Shown: in pieces, positions 28,075 to 36,588 of the stretch
How the letters are laid out: every line of letters begins with the position of its first letter
Numbering within the stretch: the stretch's first letter is position 1
DNA from: a virus
Direction: 5' to 3' (one strand)
DNA length: 64,000 nucleotides
Virus record (IMG/VR): IMGVR_UViG_3300005841_000035
Span: 7,487-71,486 of that record
Program-made: the position numbers and the translations under genes
The notes under the pieces: generated by a model
Databases searched by the model: none
What the model saw: the letters and a program-made list of their open reading frames with translations, nothing else
Told to the model about the DNA's origin: nothing

Positions 28075-28804
28075 GCTTCTCATCGCCTTCGTCTACTGGG
28101 AGCAGGACCGCGCGCAATCGAGCAAGCTTGCACGGTTGGTGGCGGACCTGGAACCGCGGCTGTCGGAAAACGCGGACGTGCTTTTCTCTGCGCGGTTTGA
28201 CTGCACGCACGACACTTCAACCATTGAATATGTTGCCCGAAAATTCAACGTTCACACGAACATTTGCCGGGGACGCCGCGGCCGTGGTTGGCCCGCCGGC
28301 TGCAACGACCTAGCTTTCGGCACACTCGACTACGTATACAGTCACGCTGCGATTCGGCGGATTTCGCCTTACAAGGCTGTGGCACTTCTTGAAGCGGACA
28401 GCGCGCCGCTGCGGCCTGGGTGGATAGAGGAAATCTCGAACGCCTGGGATGAGGCGAACAAGGTGAAGCCAATTCGCGTGTTCGGCCCGTTGCTCCCGAG
28501 CGGAGTCAAGGAAGCGGGGAACCAGCACATCAACGGAAACTGTTTGGTCTCGGGCGACATGCCTTTTCTGCATTGGTTCACTCGCAAGGTCGGCGGCTGC
28601 AATCCGCACGCGGGCTGGGACTGGTGCATGGCGCCGCAGTTCAAGCGTATGGGCTGGGCCGACTGCAAGCAGATGAAATCTTGGTGGCGCTGCCCACAGG
28701 TGTCGCAGGAGCAGTATGAATCGCTGTTGGCCGACGGCACGGTTTATCTGCACGGCTGCAAGACCGATGACGTATTCAACCTCGTTCGAAAGAGGTGGCT
28801 ATGA
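28055..28804 (+). CDS. Putative GT-A glycosyltransferase-like protein
   Basis: LLEADSAPLRPGW, HINGN, GWD; operon context. Confidence 0.55.
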   Translation: MANQPNKLLIAFVYWEQDRAQSSKLARLVADLEPRLSENADVLFSARFDCTHDTSTIEYVARKFNVHTNICRGRRGRGWPAGCNDLAFGTLDYVYSHAAIRRISPYKAVALLEADSAPLRPGWIEEISNAWDEANKVKPIRVFGPLLPSGVKEAGNQHINGNCLVSGDMPFLHWFTRKVGGCNPHAGWDWCMAPQFKRMGWADCKQMKSWWRCPQVSQEQYESLLADGTVYLHGCKTDDVFNLVRKRWL

Positions 28805-29352
28805 GCAAAGAATTTCCTCGCACGTTAATCCCGACGGAGTGCATAAGCTTCCCCCGCTGTGGTCATCACGCGCTAACTAACGTGCTGGGGCATTATTTTG
28901 CGGAGAACTTTCATTACGGCGAGCTGTATCGGGACGGAACTCCCATCGGGCCGGATTCTCCGACTAATTGGCAGAAGAACCACGATTTCAATCTGGACAC
29001 GCCGATTCTGCCGGACCGAAACTATATCGTGCAGATTCGCAACCCGCTCGAGGCGATTGAATCGTGGGAAGTCCTGGACAAGCGCGTGGCCGGGCGTGTG
29101 GTGGATACGTGCGAGAACCGCATCGAGTTTTATTCGAAGTTCGTTAAGAAGTGGATTTATGGACTTGTCCCGTGGCGGCTTGTGGTGTGGTATGAGGACC
29201 TGATGGCGCGACCGTTGCCGACGGTCACGAGCGTGATTCAATTTGTGACGCGGACACAGAACGTGGACGTGGCACGGCTTCAGGAATCGCTTACGGCGTT
29301 CCCCCTGGAGCGGAGGACCCAAACATGCCCGACGAAATACAACAAAGCGTGA
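28801..29352 (+). CDS. PAPS-dependent sulfotransferase-like protein
   Basis: SFPRCGHH (5'-PSB-like), IRNPLEAIES (3'-PB-like), VWYEDL. Confidence 0.7.
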   Translation: MSKEFPRTLIPTECISFPRCGHHALTNVLGHYFAENFHYGELYRDGTPIGPDSPTNWQKNHDFNLDTPILPDRNYIVQIRNPLEAIESWEVLDKRVAGRVVDTCENRIEFYSKFVKKWIYGLVPWRLVVWYEDLMARPLPTVTSVIQFVTRTQNVDVARLQESLTAFPLERRTQTCPTKYNKA

Positions 29353-30044
29353 ACAAGTTGGTGGTGACCATTCATGGTTACGCTGGCGACGCCCATCAAA
29401 TCAACGACCTTCGACCGGTATACGAGCACCACAAGGCGCCAATCGTGGTGATGACGCCGGACGACTCCCGCATTGAATCGTTCGGTCCGCACATCTGCCG
29501 TTTCGGCGGCAAGCGGCAATACATCGGCGAGGACAGCCTTAAGCGGCAGGTCCGTCACTGGGAAATGATGCTCGATTTCAACGCGACCCATTTTCTGTCA
29601 AACGACTCCGATAGCTTTTGTCTGGCCCCGGAGCTTCCCGAGTATCTCTACAAGGAAGACGTGCTGTGGAGCAACGAGGTGTCCGACATGATGCACCTTC
29701 GCAAGCCGGAATACAAGTGGCCGCGCCTCGCGTTCCAGCCGCCATACTTTTGGTCGCGGGGAATTGTTGAGCGGTTGGTAAAGGCCGCGCCGCTGGTGAA
29801 GATTGACATGCAGACGCCCTTCATCGACTGGTTCGTGATGGCGGTCGCCGTCGCCGGCGGCATCCCGCACAAGTCATTTCCGGACGGGTTCAGTTGTGGG
29901 ACAGCCAATCCGCACGGCCTGAAGGTGATGACGGACCAAGTCTGGAGGCACGGGAAAATTTTTGTCCACGCGGTCAAGAATGCATCAATTCGCCGTCAGC
30001 TCGAATATGCGCGCGGGCAGTTTCTGAAGAGGAAAAGAAAATGA
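29349..30044 (+). CDS. Putative GT-A glycosyltransferase
   Basis: FLSNDSDSF DxD motif; operon context. Confidence 0.5.
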   Translation: MNKLVVTIHGYAGDAHQINDLRPVYEHHKAPIVVMTPDDSRIESFGPHICRFGGKRQYIGEDSLKRQVRHWEMMLDFNATHFLSNDSDSFCLAPELPEYLYKEDVLWSNEVSDMMHLRKPEYKWPRLAFQPPYFWSRGIVERLVKAAPLVKIDMQTPFIDWFVMAVAVAGGIPHKSFPDGFSCGTANPHGLKVMTDQVWRHGKIFVHAVKNASIRRQLEYARGQFLKRKRK

Positions 30045-30979
30045 ACAAGGACTCTGTAATTTATGTGGCCGGGCATCGTGGTCTTGTGGGTGACGCAATT
30101 ACGCGCCTGCTTCGCTCGCGCGGTCACACGCGCATCGTTACGGCTACGCGGGAGCAGGGCGACCTCACGGACCCGGTCTTCGTGAAGTGGTTCTTCTCCG
30201 TCTACAAGCCGGAGTATGTTTTTGTGGCGGCGGCGCACGTCGGGGGCATCCTGGCGAATGACCAGAACAAGGTGGACTTTATCACGAAGAACCTCGCCAT
30301 CCAAAACAACATCATCCTCAACGCCGCGGAGTATGGGACGAAAAAACTCCTGTTCCTCGGCAGCTCGTGCATCTACCCGCGTGACGCGGAGCAGCCCATC
30401 AAGCCCCAGGCGCTTTTGACCGGGCCATTCGAACCGACGACCGAGGCGTATGGAATTGCCAAGGTGGCCGGCATTCGGCTGTGCCAGTATCTGCGCGACG
30501 AGAAGGGTCTCAACTTCATCTGCGCGATGCCGTGCAATCTCTATGGCCCAGGCGACCGGTTCGACAGCGTTCGCTCGCACGTCGTCCCTGGTCTCATCAC
30601 GCGCATGCTCCACGCGAAAAAAATGGGGATGCCCGAGTTTGCGGTGTGGGGAGATGGCTCGGCCCAGCGCGAGCTTTTGTATGCGGACGACCTCGCCCGC
30701 GCGTGCTCGCTTTTGATGGACGAATACAACGGGCGCGAGGTGGTGAACACCGGCAGCAGTGACGAGTGGACCATCAAGGCCATCGCGGACGAGGTGCGCA
30801 AGGTGGTAGGATACACGGGCTACCTGCATTTCGATTCGGACAAGCCGACGGGCGTCCCCAGGAAGGTCCTGGACAACACCGTCATTCGGTCGCTCGGGTG
30901 GTCGCCGCAGATGCCGTTTCCCGAGGGGCTTCAGAAGACCGTTACGGCGTATCGCCAACGGCTGTCGATTCTTCGTTGA
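30041..30979 (+). CDS. fcl: GDP-L-fucose synthase (epimerase/reductase)
   Basis: IYVAGHRGLVG, AAAHVGGI, FLGSSCIYP, YGIAK, MPCNLYGP, SHVVPGL. Confidence 0.93.
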   Translation: MNKDSVIYVAGHRGLVGDAITRLLRSRGHTRIVTATREQGDLTDPVFVKWFFSVYKPEYVFVAAAHVGGILANDQNKVDFITKNLAIQNNIILNAAEYGTKKLLFLGSSCIYPRDAEQPIKPQALLTGPFEPTTEAYGIAKVAGIRLCQYLRDEKGLNFICAMPCNLYGPGDRFDSVRSHVVPGLITRMLHAKKMGMPEFAVWGDGSAQRELLYADDLARACSLLMDEYNGREVVNTGSSDEWTIKAIADEVRKVVGYTGYLHFDSDKPTGVPRKVLDNTVIRSLGWSPQMPFPEGLQKTVTAYRQRLSILR

Positions 30980-31010
30980 CATTTTCGATTTGGGGCGCAC
31001 TGGTAAGAAT

Positions 31011-31463
31011 GTGAACGAGAAATATGACCACTGTTCTCGCTGCCACGCGCGACGGAAATATCCGGGGCGAGACTGTTGCAAGGAATGCTTGGTGCGGCAT
31101 GCCCGAAGAAATTGTCTTCGTCGAGCCCGCCGAAAGGAACGTTACGCAACAGACCCCGCCTTCAGAATTCGGACAGCTCTGTCCACTCGAATAAACAGCG
31201 CGCTGCGGGGCACCCTTAAAAAGGTGGCGAACACAGAAAAATTGTTGGGTTGCTCTTTCGCGCACTTCCGAGAATACATGGAAGGCCTGTTCAAACCGGG
31301 GATGACCTGGGAAAACTACGGGGAGTGGCAGGTGGACCACAAAATTCCGTGTGTGAATTTTGACTTGGCGAAAGAATCCGAGCAATACCGATGTTTCCAT
31401 TACAGCAATTTGCAACCCCTTTGGGCAGAGGATAATCTGCGAAAGGGATGGAAAAGTAGTTGA
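31011..31463 (+). CDS. HNH / endonuclease VII-like homing endonuclease
   Basis: LLGCS..GMTWENYGEWQVDHKIP..CFHYSNLQPLWA..N..K; own promoter at 30976-31007. Confidence 0.85.
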   Translation: MNEKYDHCSRCHARRKYPGRDCCKECLVRHARRNCLRRARRKERYATDPAFRIRTALSTRINSALRGTLKKVANTEKLLGCSFAHFREYMEGLFKPGMTWENYGEWQVDHKIPCVNFDLAKESEQYRCFHYSNLQPLWAEDNLRKGWKSS

Positions 31464-31488
31464 CAATTTTGATTTTCCATGCACTTCT
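31460..31488 (+). promoter_or_regulatory. Phage-type promoter TTGACA-N16-CACTTCT for major capsid
   Basis: Motif copy followed by a ~150-nt leader. Confidence 0.7.
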
Positions 31489-31642
31489 TCTGTGCATGGA
31501 CCTTAATCGGCTTCTCTGGTCCGGAAGCAATCGGCCTAATCTGTCTGCGGCTGGCCGGCGCTGACAGGGTAACTTCGCAGCCCCATTGCGAGGAAAAAAA
31601 CCGTAAGTGGTTTATACCACTTAAATTAGAAAGGCTCTCAAA

Positions 31643-32923
31643 ATGAGTGCTGATTGCAATGCGCCCGACGTAATCTCGGAAATCGCCCAAAAGGACGTTT
31701 CTCGATTGGTCGGCACGGTCGCGAAGACTCTCGCGGCCAACAGCGTATTCATTAACGTCATCGGCGGCGGGGTGTTCCCGTCCGGCGTGTCGGATGAAAT
31801 TCGCTTCCCCGTTCAAATGCAAGCCGCCCCTGGCGACTCGCTGGCCCTCCCCACATTCCAGTGTGATACGGAGGTCTGCGGAACCAACGGAATCCAGGAC
31901 CTTACTGACGCGATTGACTTTACCGCTCGCTTGGAAACCAAGCGTGGCCGCGGTCCCCGCGTCTGTGTAAAGAAGGGCTACGCGGCTTTTAAAAGCTCGT
32001 ATCTCTCTGCGGAAGACTCACTTAGGAAGCTCGTCACGCAGTATGTCAACGCTGACATCCGCGCCCAGCTCTACCTGCGCAGCGCCTCGAAGTTCAACGC
32101 CGTCGCCGGCTACGATTTCGATTCTCTGTTCACCGGTGGTGTTGAGACGGACCTAGGCGTCCAGTTCGCCCCACTGTTGCCCACGGGTCCGCTGAGTTTC
32201 AAAGCTCTGCACTATCTGACTCGCTTCGTCAAGGAAGCGTTGTTCGCGTCGATGTTCGACAGCGAAGGCAAAGGGATGCCCCACGCTCGCTTCATCGGCA
32301 GCTCCGACATCATCGAGAGCTTCCGCAATGAAATCGGCGTGAAGGAAATCCTCATCGGTTTGACGACCGGTGGATACAAGCTGGGCGAGCAGTCCGTTTC
32401 TGCTTACCAGTTCGAAGAGGCGCCCGCTTACCGCGGTATCGCTTTCGGTGTGGACCAACGTCCGCTCCGTGCCACGGGTTTTGACGGCGACGGCAACCTC
32501 ATCCTGGTTGACCCCGTCGTGAACGTCCCGAACCTCACCAAGAACACGGCGTATGCCAAGGTCAATCCCGCGTGGTTGGCTGCGGACTACGAAGTCGGGT
32601 TCTTGATGTTCGACAACACTTTCAACCGGCTGGTTCCGGAGAAGTATGTCGGCGAAGGCACCTTCAAGTTCGCGCCCCAGTTGCACATGGGCGAACTCGA
32701 ATGGCATTACATCGTGGACAACGACTGTAATCAGTTCGGCGACTTCGGTTGGCACAAGTATCAGATTACTCGTGCGTATCAGCCGATTCGTCCTCAGCAC
32801 GTTGTGCCCATCCTGTATCGGCGCTGCCAAGCGGACCTCGGTCTGCCCGACTGCACCGTGACGGATAGCTCGAGCTTCTCCGGAAGCGACGCGTTTGCCA
32901 CCTTGGGAGTCTGCGACTCCTAA
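31643..32923 (+). CDS. Major capsid protein
   Basis: 426 aa, downstream of scaffold, own promoter and terminator-like hairpin. Confidence 0.75.
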   Translation: MSADCNAPDVISEIAQKDVSRLVGTVAKTLAANSVFINVIGGGVFPSGVSDEIRFPVQMQAAPGDSLALPTFQCDTEVCGTNGIQDLTDAIDFTARLETKRGRGPRVCVKKGYAAFKSSYLSAEDSLRKLVTQYVNADIRAQLYLRSASKFNAVAGYDFDSLFTGGVETDLGVQFAPLLPTGPLSFKALHYLTRFVKEALFASMFDSEGKGMPHARFIGSSDIIESFRNEIGVKEILIGLTTGGYKLGEQSVSAYQFEEAPAYRGIAFGVDQRPLRATGFDGDGNLILVDPVVNVPNLTKNTAYAKVNPAWLAADYEVGFLMFDNTFNRLVPEKYVGEGTFKFAPQLHMGELEWHYIVDNDCNQFGDFGWHKYQITRAYQPIRPQHVVPILYRRCQADLGLPDCTVTDSSSFSGSDAFATLGVCDS

Positions 32924-32939
32924 GCTGGGTCTGTAGGGT

Positions 32940-32972
32940 CTGCCGGCGAGGCCAACACCTCGCCGGCAGTTT
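32940..32972 (+). terminator. Intrinsic terminator-like hairpin after capsid gene
   Basis: CTGCCGGCGAGG-ccaaca-CCTCGCCGGCAG-TTT, 12-bp stem with a short U tract. Confidence 0.65.
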
Positions 32973-32997
32973 AACACTCAACCTCACCAAAAAAAAT

Positions 32998-33198
32998 ATG
33001 ACTTACGTTGAAGCTCAAGCTGCGCTGCTCGCACTCGGTCAGGACCTCAGCCTCACCGGGCTCCAGGGCCGTTCCGTGTCGGGTCTGTTGCAGGAAATCC
33101 TCATCGCCGGCGGGTCCGCTATCACGGACAAAGGCGCCGGTTCTGATTGGGATAACGCGCTCGTCACTGCCCTCGGCATTGACACGCCGTTGACCTAA
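32998..33198 (+). CDS. Small putative virion protein
   Basis: 66 aa after capsid gene. Confidence 0.55.
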   Translation: MTYVEAQAALLALGQDLSLTGLQGRSVSGLLQEILIAGGSAITDKGAGSDWDNALVTALGIDTPLT

Positions 33199-33213
33199 TC
33201 ATCAATCTGGGTT

Positions 33214-33241
33214 TGAGGGGTATTATATATAATACCCCTCA
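33214..33241. repeat. Perfect 28-bp palindrome
   Basis: TGAGGGGTATTATA|TATAATACCCCTCA, intergenic. Confidence 0.95.
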
Positions 33242-33258
33242 CTCCCAACCCTTTTCTG

Positions 33259-33459
33259 ATGTTCGACAACATCAAAGTTTCTGGCGCGGCCCTCCTGGGA
33301 TTTGGCGCCCCAATCGCAAACATTTTTATCGACACGGCGACGTCCTGGTTGGGCGTGCTCGTGTTGGTCGGACAAATCTCAGTGGCCGCGGTGACCACTT
33401 GGTATATTTTCCGCAAGGCTCAGGCACTTCATCGCGACAACAAAAAGGACAAGAAGTAA
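33259..33459 (+). CDS. Holin-like membrane protein
   Basis: Two hydrophobic helices and a basic C-tail. Confidence 0.5.
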   Translation: MFDNIKVSGAALLGFGAPIANIFIDTATSWLGVLVLVGQISVAAVTTWYIFRKAQALHRDNKKDKK

Positions 33460-33662
33460 TGAACGCTTACAATGACCCCAAAGACATCACTGGGGCAATC
33501 CTGGCGGCGGCTGTTGGCATCACCTACAGCACCTCCGACGATTATGTGAACTTGGCCCGCAAGACGGCCATCGCGCTTGGCGTGCCGGCTCACAAGGTCA
33601 ACTACGCTGAACTTGGGACCATCCTGAACCTGATTCGGGAAGCCTCTCCCATCGTCTCGTAA
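33459..33662 (+). CDS. Small helical virion protein candidate
   Basis: TAATG coupling, MNAYNDPKD. Confidence 0.55.
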   Translation: MNAYNDPKDITGAILAAAVGITYSTSDDYVNLARKTAIALGVPAHKVNYAELGTILNLIREASPIVS

Positions 33663-33814
33663 TGTTCTGGCCGGACACATCCCCGAAGTGGGGGGACTCT
33701 GAAAACACACTTCTCGCGAAGTGGTTGGAGACCCTCGGCGGCGAGGCCAAGCCCGGCGACTCGGACCATCAGCTTTTGTATAAAATCGCGCTGCTCCTGA
33801 GTAACGCAATGTAA
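33662..33814 (+). CDS. 50-aa protein made of two GDS..LL.K repeats
   Basis: Manual translation MFWPDTSPKWGDSENTLLAKWLETLGGEAKPGDSDHQLLYKIALLLSNAM; TAATG coupling. Confidence 0.65.
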   Translation: MFWPDTSPKWGDSENTLLAKWLETLGGEAKPGDSDHQLLYKIALLLSNAM

Positions 33815-33817
33815 CCT

Positions 33818-34693
33818 ATGGACACGACCCCTCGACTGAACGACCCGGACAACACGCTGCTGAAGAAGATTTGCCTCTTGCTTCAGGGCGGCGTCTCATC
33901 CGGCGTTCTGACTTTTAACGCACGGACTGGTGCGGTCACGCTTCTCTCGGCGGACGTGACCGGCGCCCTGGGCTACACGCCCGTGAACAAGGCCGGCGAC
34001 ACGATGTCTGGCACGCTCACGGTCCCGACGCTCACCTCCACGACGGCGATTAACGGTGTGGACGAGACGCTGACCGGGACGCTGAATATCACCGGCTCCC
34101 AGGTTGACCACGAGGTTTTGACTCGCATCGCGGCTGATACGCAAGGCCCGACTATCCGAATGCGCAAGCGAGGGACGGGCGGCAATGCGAATGCTCCGGT
34201 TGCGAGCAATGAAGGAATTTTTCAGATTCGCGGTCTCGCCTGGGACGGGACGGACTACCAAGCGGCTGGCCGATTTCAAATTAACGCCCAGGGCACCCAG
34301 AGCGGAACGAACCACTCTTCGTTTATTCGGTGGCAGGCATGCCCGCCGAACACGACCACGGAAGAGGAACTCTTTCGCATCACTTCGTCCGCGACCGCGC
34401 AATCCATCATCGCTCTCGGTGGCGTAGCGGCCACGAACCCGGCCCTAAAACGTAGCGGCACGGACATTCAAATCCGTCTCGGGAACGACTCCGGGTATGC
34501 GGCTATTGACGTGTCCGCTGTTAAGGCGGCGGGGACCCAGGTGGTCTCCACTCGTCAGCCCGGCTGGACCGCGGCCTCCGGCACCGCAACTCGCACGACT
34601 TTTGCCACCAGCACGGTGACGCTCGAAGTCCTCGCTCAACACGTCAAGGCTCTGATTGACGACCTCATCACTCACGGCTTAATTGGAACATAA
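33818..34693 (+). CDS. Fibre/spike protein
   Basis: VLTFNARTGAVTL, LGYTPVNKAGDTMSG, C-terminal VVSTRQPGWTAA..ALIDDLITHGLI. Confidence 0.75.
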   Translation: MDTTPRLNDPDNTLLKKICLLLQGGVSSGVLTFNARTGAVTLLSADVTGALGYTPVNKAGDTMSGTLTVPTLTSTTAINGVDETLTGTLNITGSQVDHEVLTRIAADTQGPTIRMRKRGTGGNANAPVASNEGIFQIRGLAWDGTDYQAAGRFQINAQGTQSGTNHSSFIRWQACPPNTTTEEELFRITSSATAQSIIALGGVAATNPALKRSGTDIQIRLGNDSGYAAIDVSAVKAAGTQVVSTRQPGWTAASGTATRTTFATSTVTLEVLAQHVKALIDDLITHGLIGT

Positions 34694-34694
34694 C

Positions 34695-35849
34695 ATGCCC
34701 GACTCCGATTCAAATACATTCGAATCCCTGGGCCGAATTCTGGCCTCAGTGTTTGGGATTGCCACGCGACCGTATGATACGAAGGTCCAGCTATGGGCCA
34801 AGGTGGCGAGGTCCCTGGGAATTCGCGTGTCTCCTTATGACTCGTTGGAATCCATTCTAGCACGAATCGCCGCGACGAACCCAACGGGCGGAAGCTCGCC
34901 CTCTTCGGATGAACTTATTCCGAACCTTGTCGGGGGGCCGGATACCTACATTGACATTGAAGGTGTCGGGCTGAACGCGCTAGTGTCTTTCGGGGTGACG
35001 CAGTTGTTTTTCTTCTTTATGGTCGATATCACGGGAATGAAGACCCTGGTCTTCCCCAACTTGACTACCGTCAATAATTCCACGGGGGGAATCGAGTTGG
35101 CGTCGTGCGCGGAGCTGGAAACGATTTCCCTCCCCGTTCTTGCTGGGGTGCTCCCGCACGTTAACTTCGAGGACATGCCCGCGCTCACAAGTTTTTCAGC
35201 TCCCGGAGCCGGCCCGGGGGTCGCGTCGCCCACGGTGGTTTTGATTGATTGTCCGAACCTAGCCGTTTTCGACGCCCCCAATCTTCTCACCGGAGCAACC
35301 GGGTTTGGTTTTTTAATTATTACGAACATTGGTCCGGTATCACTAGACATCGGGTTAACCGAGCTTGTTGAATGCGGCATCCTGGACCTCGAAAACTGTC
35401 CGGGATTTTCCGGGAACAAAAACTTTTCGACTCTGAACCTTCTGTTTAATCGGTTGACTGTTTCGGGCACCTCGGCGACGGGACTTCAATTTCCGTTGCT
35501 CCCCTCTATAGGGGCGAATTTGGCAGTGGAGAACAATCCACTACTCACTAACTTGTCTCTTCCGCTAGTGGTCACAGTGGCAGGAAATGTGACAATCAAA
35601 AACAACGCCACCCTCGTTAGTTTGGACGTGTCCTCGATGGTGCCCTTCAGTGCTTCGACTGATGACTACAGTGGCAATGCTTTGAATCAAGCCTCTGTGG
35701 ATGGCGTTCTTGCACGCTATGCGGCGAATGCTGGATATTTGGCGGGGACGATTGACTTGTCAGGGGGAACCAACTCTGCTCCGTCCCCGACGGGTGCGGC
35801 GGACAAGGCCACTTTGATTGGACGCGGCGTGACGGTAATCACCAATTAA
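34695..35849 (+). CDS. Leucine-rich-repeat virion surface protein
   Basis: Repeated FP.L..V / N.PLLT.L units; C-terminal cap NALNQASVDGVL. Confidence 0.65.
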   Translation: MPDSDSNTFESLGRILASVFGIATRPYDTKVQLWAKVARSLGIRVSPYDSLESILARIAATNPTGGSSPSSDELIPNLVGGPDTYIDIEGVGLNALVSFGVTQLFFFFMVDITGMKTLVFPNLTTVNNSTGGIELASCAELETISLPVLAGVLPHVNFEDMPALTSFSAPGAGPGVASPTVVLIDCPNLAVFDAPNLLTGATGFGFLIITNIGPVSLDIGLTELVECGILDLENCPGFSGNKNFSTLNLLFNRLTVSGTSATGLQFPLLPSIGANLAVENNPLLTNLSLPLVVTVAGNVTIKNNATLVSLDVSSMVPFSASTDDYSGNALNQASVDGVLARYAANAGYLAGTIDLSGGTNSAPSPTGAADKATLIGRGVTVITN

Positions 35850-35852
35850 CTT

Positions 35853-36587
35853 ATGGACGACCTCAAAGTTTCAGAAAAAGTGAAGCCGGTGGAAGTGAGT
35901 AAGTTCGACCGCACGGTGGAACTGCACAATTCTATTCGTGTCGCAGAAGGGAAGTCGGCCCTCTCGCAAGAAGAATTTGCTTCCGCGATTCTGGCCGGGC
36001 TACAAAAACGTCCGCATTGGGTCAGGATTCTGCTCAGGAACGTTGCACTTTTGATGGCCGTCTTGTTTTTGGCCGGCTGTTCGATTCTGCCGCTCAAGCC
36101 CGGCAGCGCCTCGATTGAATCGGACTCCGACGGGCGCAAGGTGATTCAGGTTCATCAGTCTCAGAACCCGAAGAATGACACCGTCCAGGATTACAAGCGC
36201 GTCGTGGACTCCAACGGGGTGACGACCGAGGAAGTCCACACTAAAATCGGAGCGGCCCAGAAAGACTTAGCGCGCGAGATGACCGCGAAGCTCGGTTCGC
36301 TGCGCCCCGTGATGTGGGTCGGCATTTTCGTTTTGCTTTTCGGCATCGGGAGTTTCCATCCGTATCTGCGCGCCATTGTAGGCAGCGTGACGACCAGCGT
36401 CATCATCGTCGTCGCGGGCTTGGGGATGATTGTTTTGCCGTCTCTTATCGTGGGAAATGAAATCTTGATTCTTGGTGTCGGCGTTGGCGCGGTTGTCCTT
36501 TACTGGTTCAGTCACCGACACGGAAAACTTCAAGGGCTGGTCGATGCGAACAAAAACGGAGTAGACGACCGAGAGGAAAAATTATAA
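35853..36587 (+). CDS. Membrane lipoprotein, possible lysis (spanin/holin-like) protein
   Basis: Lipobox LAGC plus three C-terminal transmembrane segments. Confidence 0.5.
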   Translation: MDDLKVSEKVKPVEVSKFDRTVELHNSIRVAEGKSALSQEEFASAILAGLQKRPHWVRILLRNVALLMAVLFLAGCSILPLKPGSASIESDSDGRKVIQVHQSQNPKNDTVQDYKRVVDSNGVTTEEVHTKIGAAQKDLAREMTAKLGSLRPVMWVGIFVLLFGIGSFHPYLRAIVGSVTTSVIIVVAGLGMIVLPSLIVGNEILILGVGVGAVVLYWFSHRHGKLQGLVDANKNGVDDREEKL

Positions 36588-36588
36588 T

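Noticed and set aside
29996-31081. Long antisense ORFs opposite fcl (also opposite capsid, SNF2 and ejection genes)
   Set aside because: Expected shadows of GC-rich codon usage
25649-32938. 12-bp inverted pair CCCTACAGACCC (25649-25660) / GGGTCTGTAGGG (32927-32938) bracketing scaffold to capsid
   Set aside because: Many 12-bp inverted matches are expected by chance in 64 kb, and inversion would break the operon
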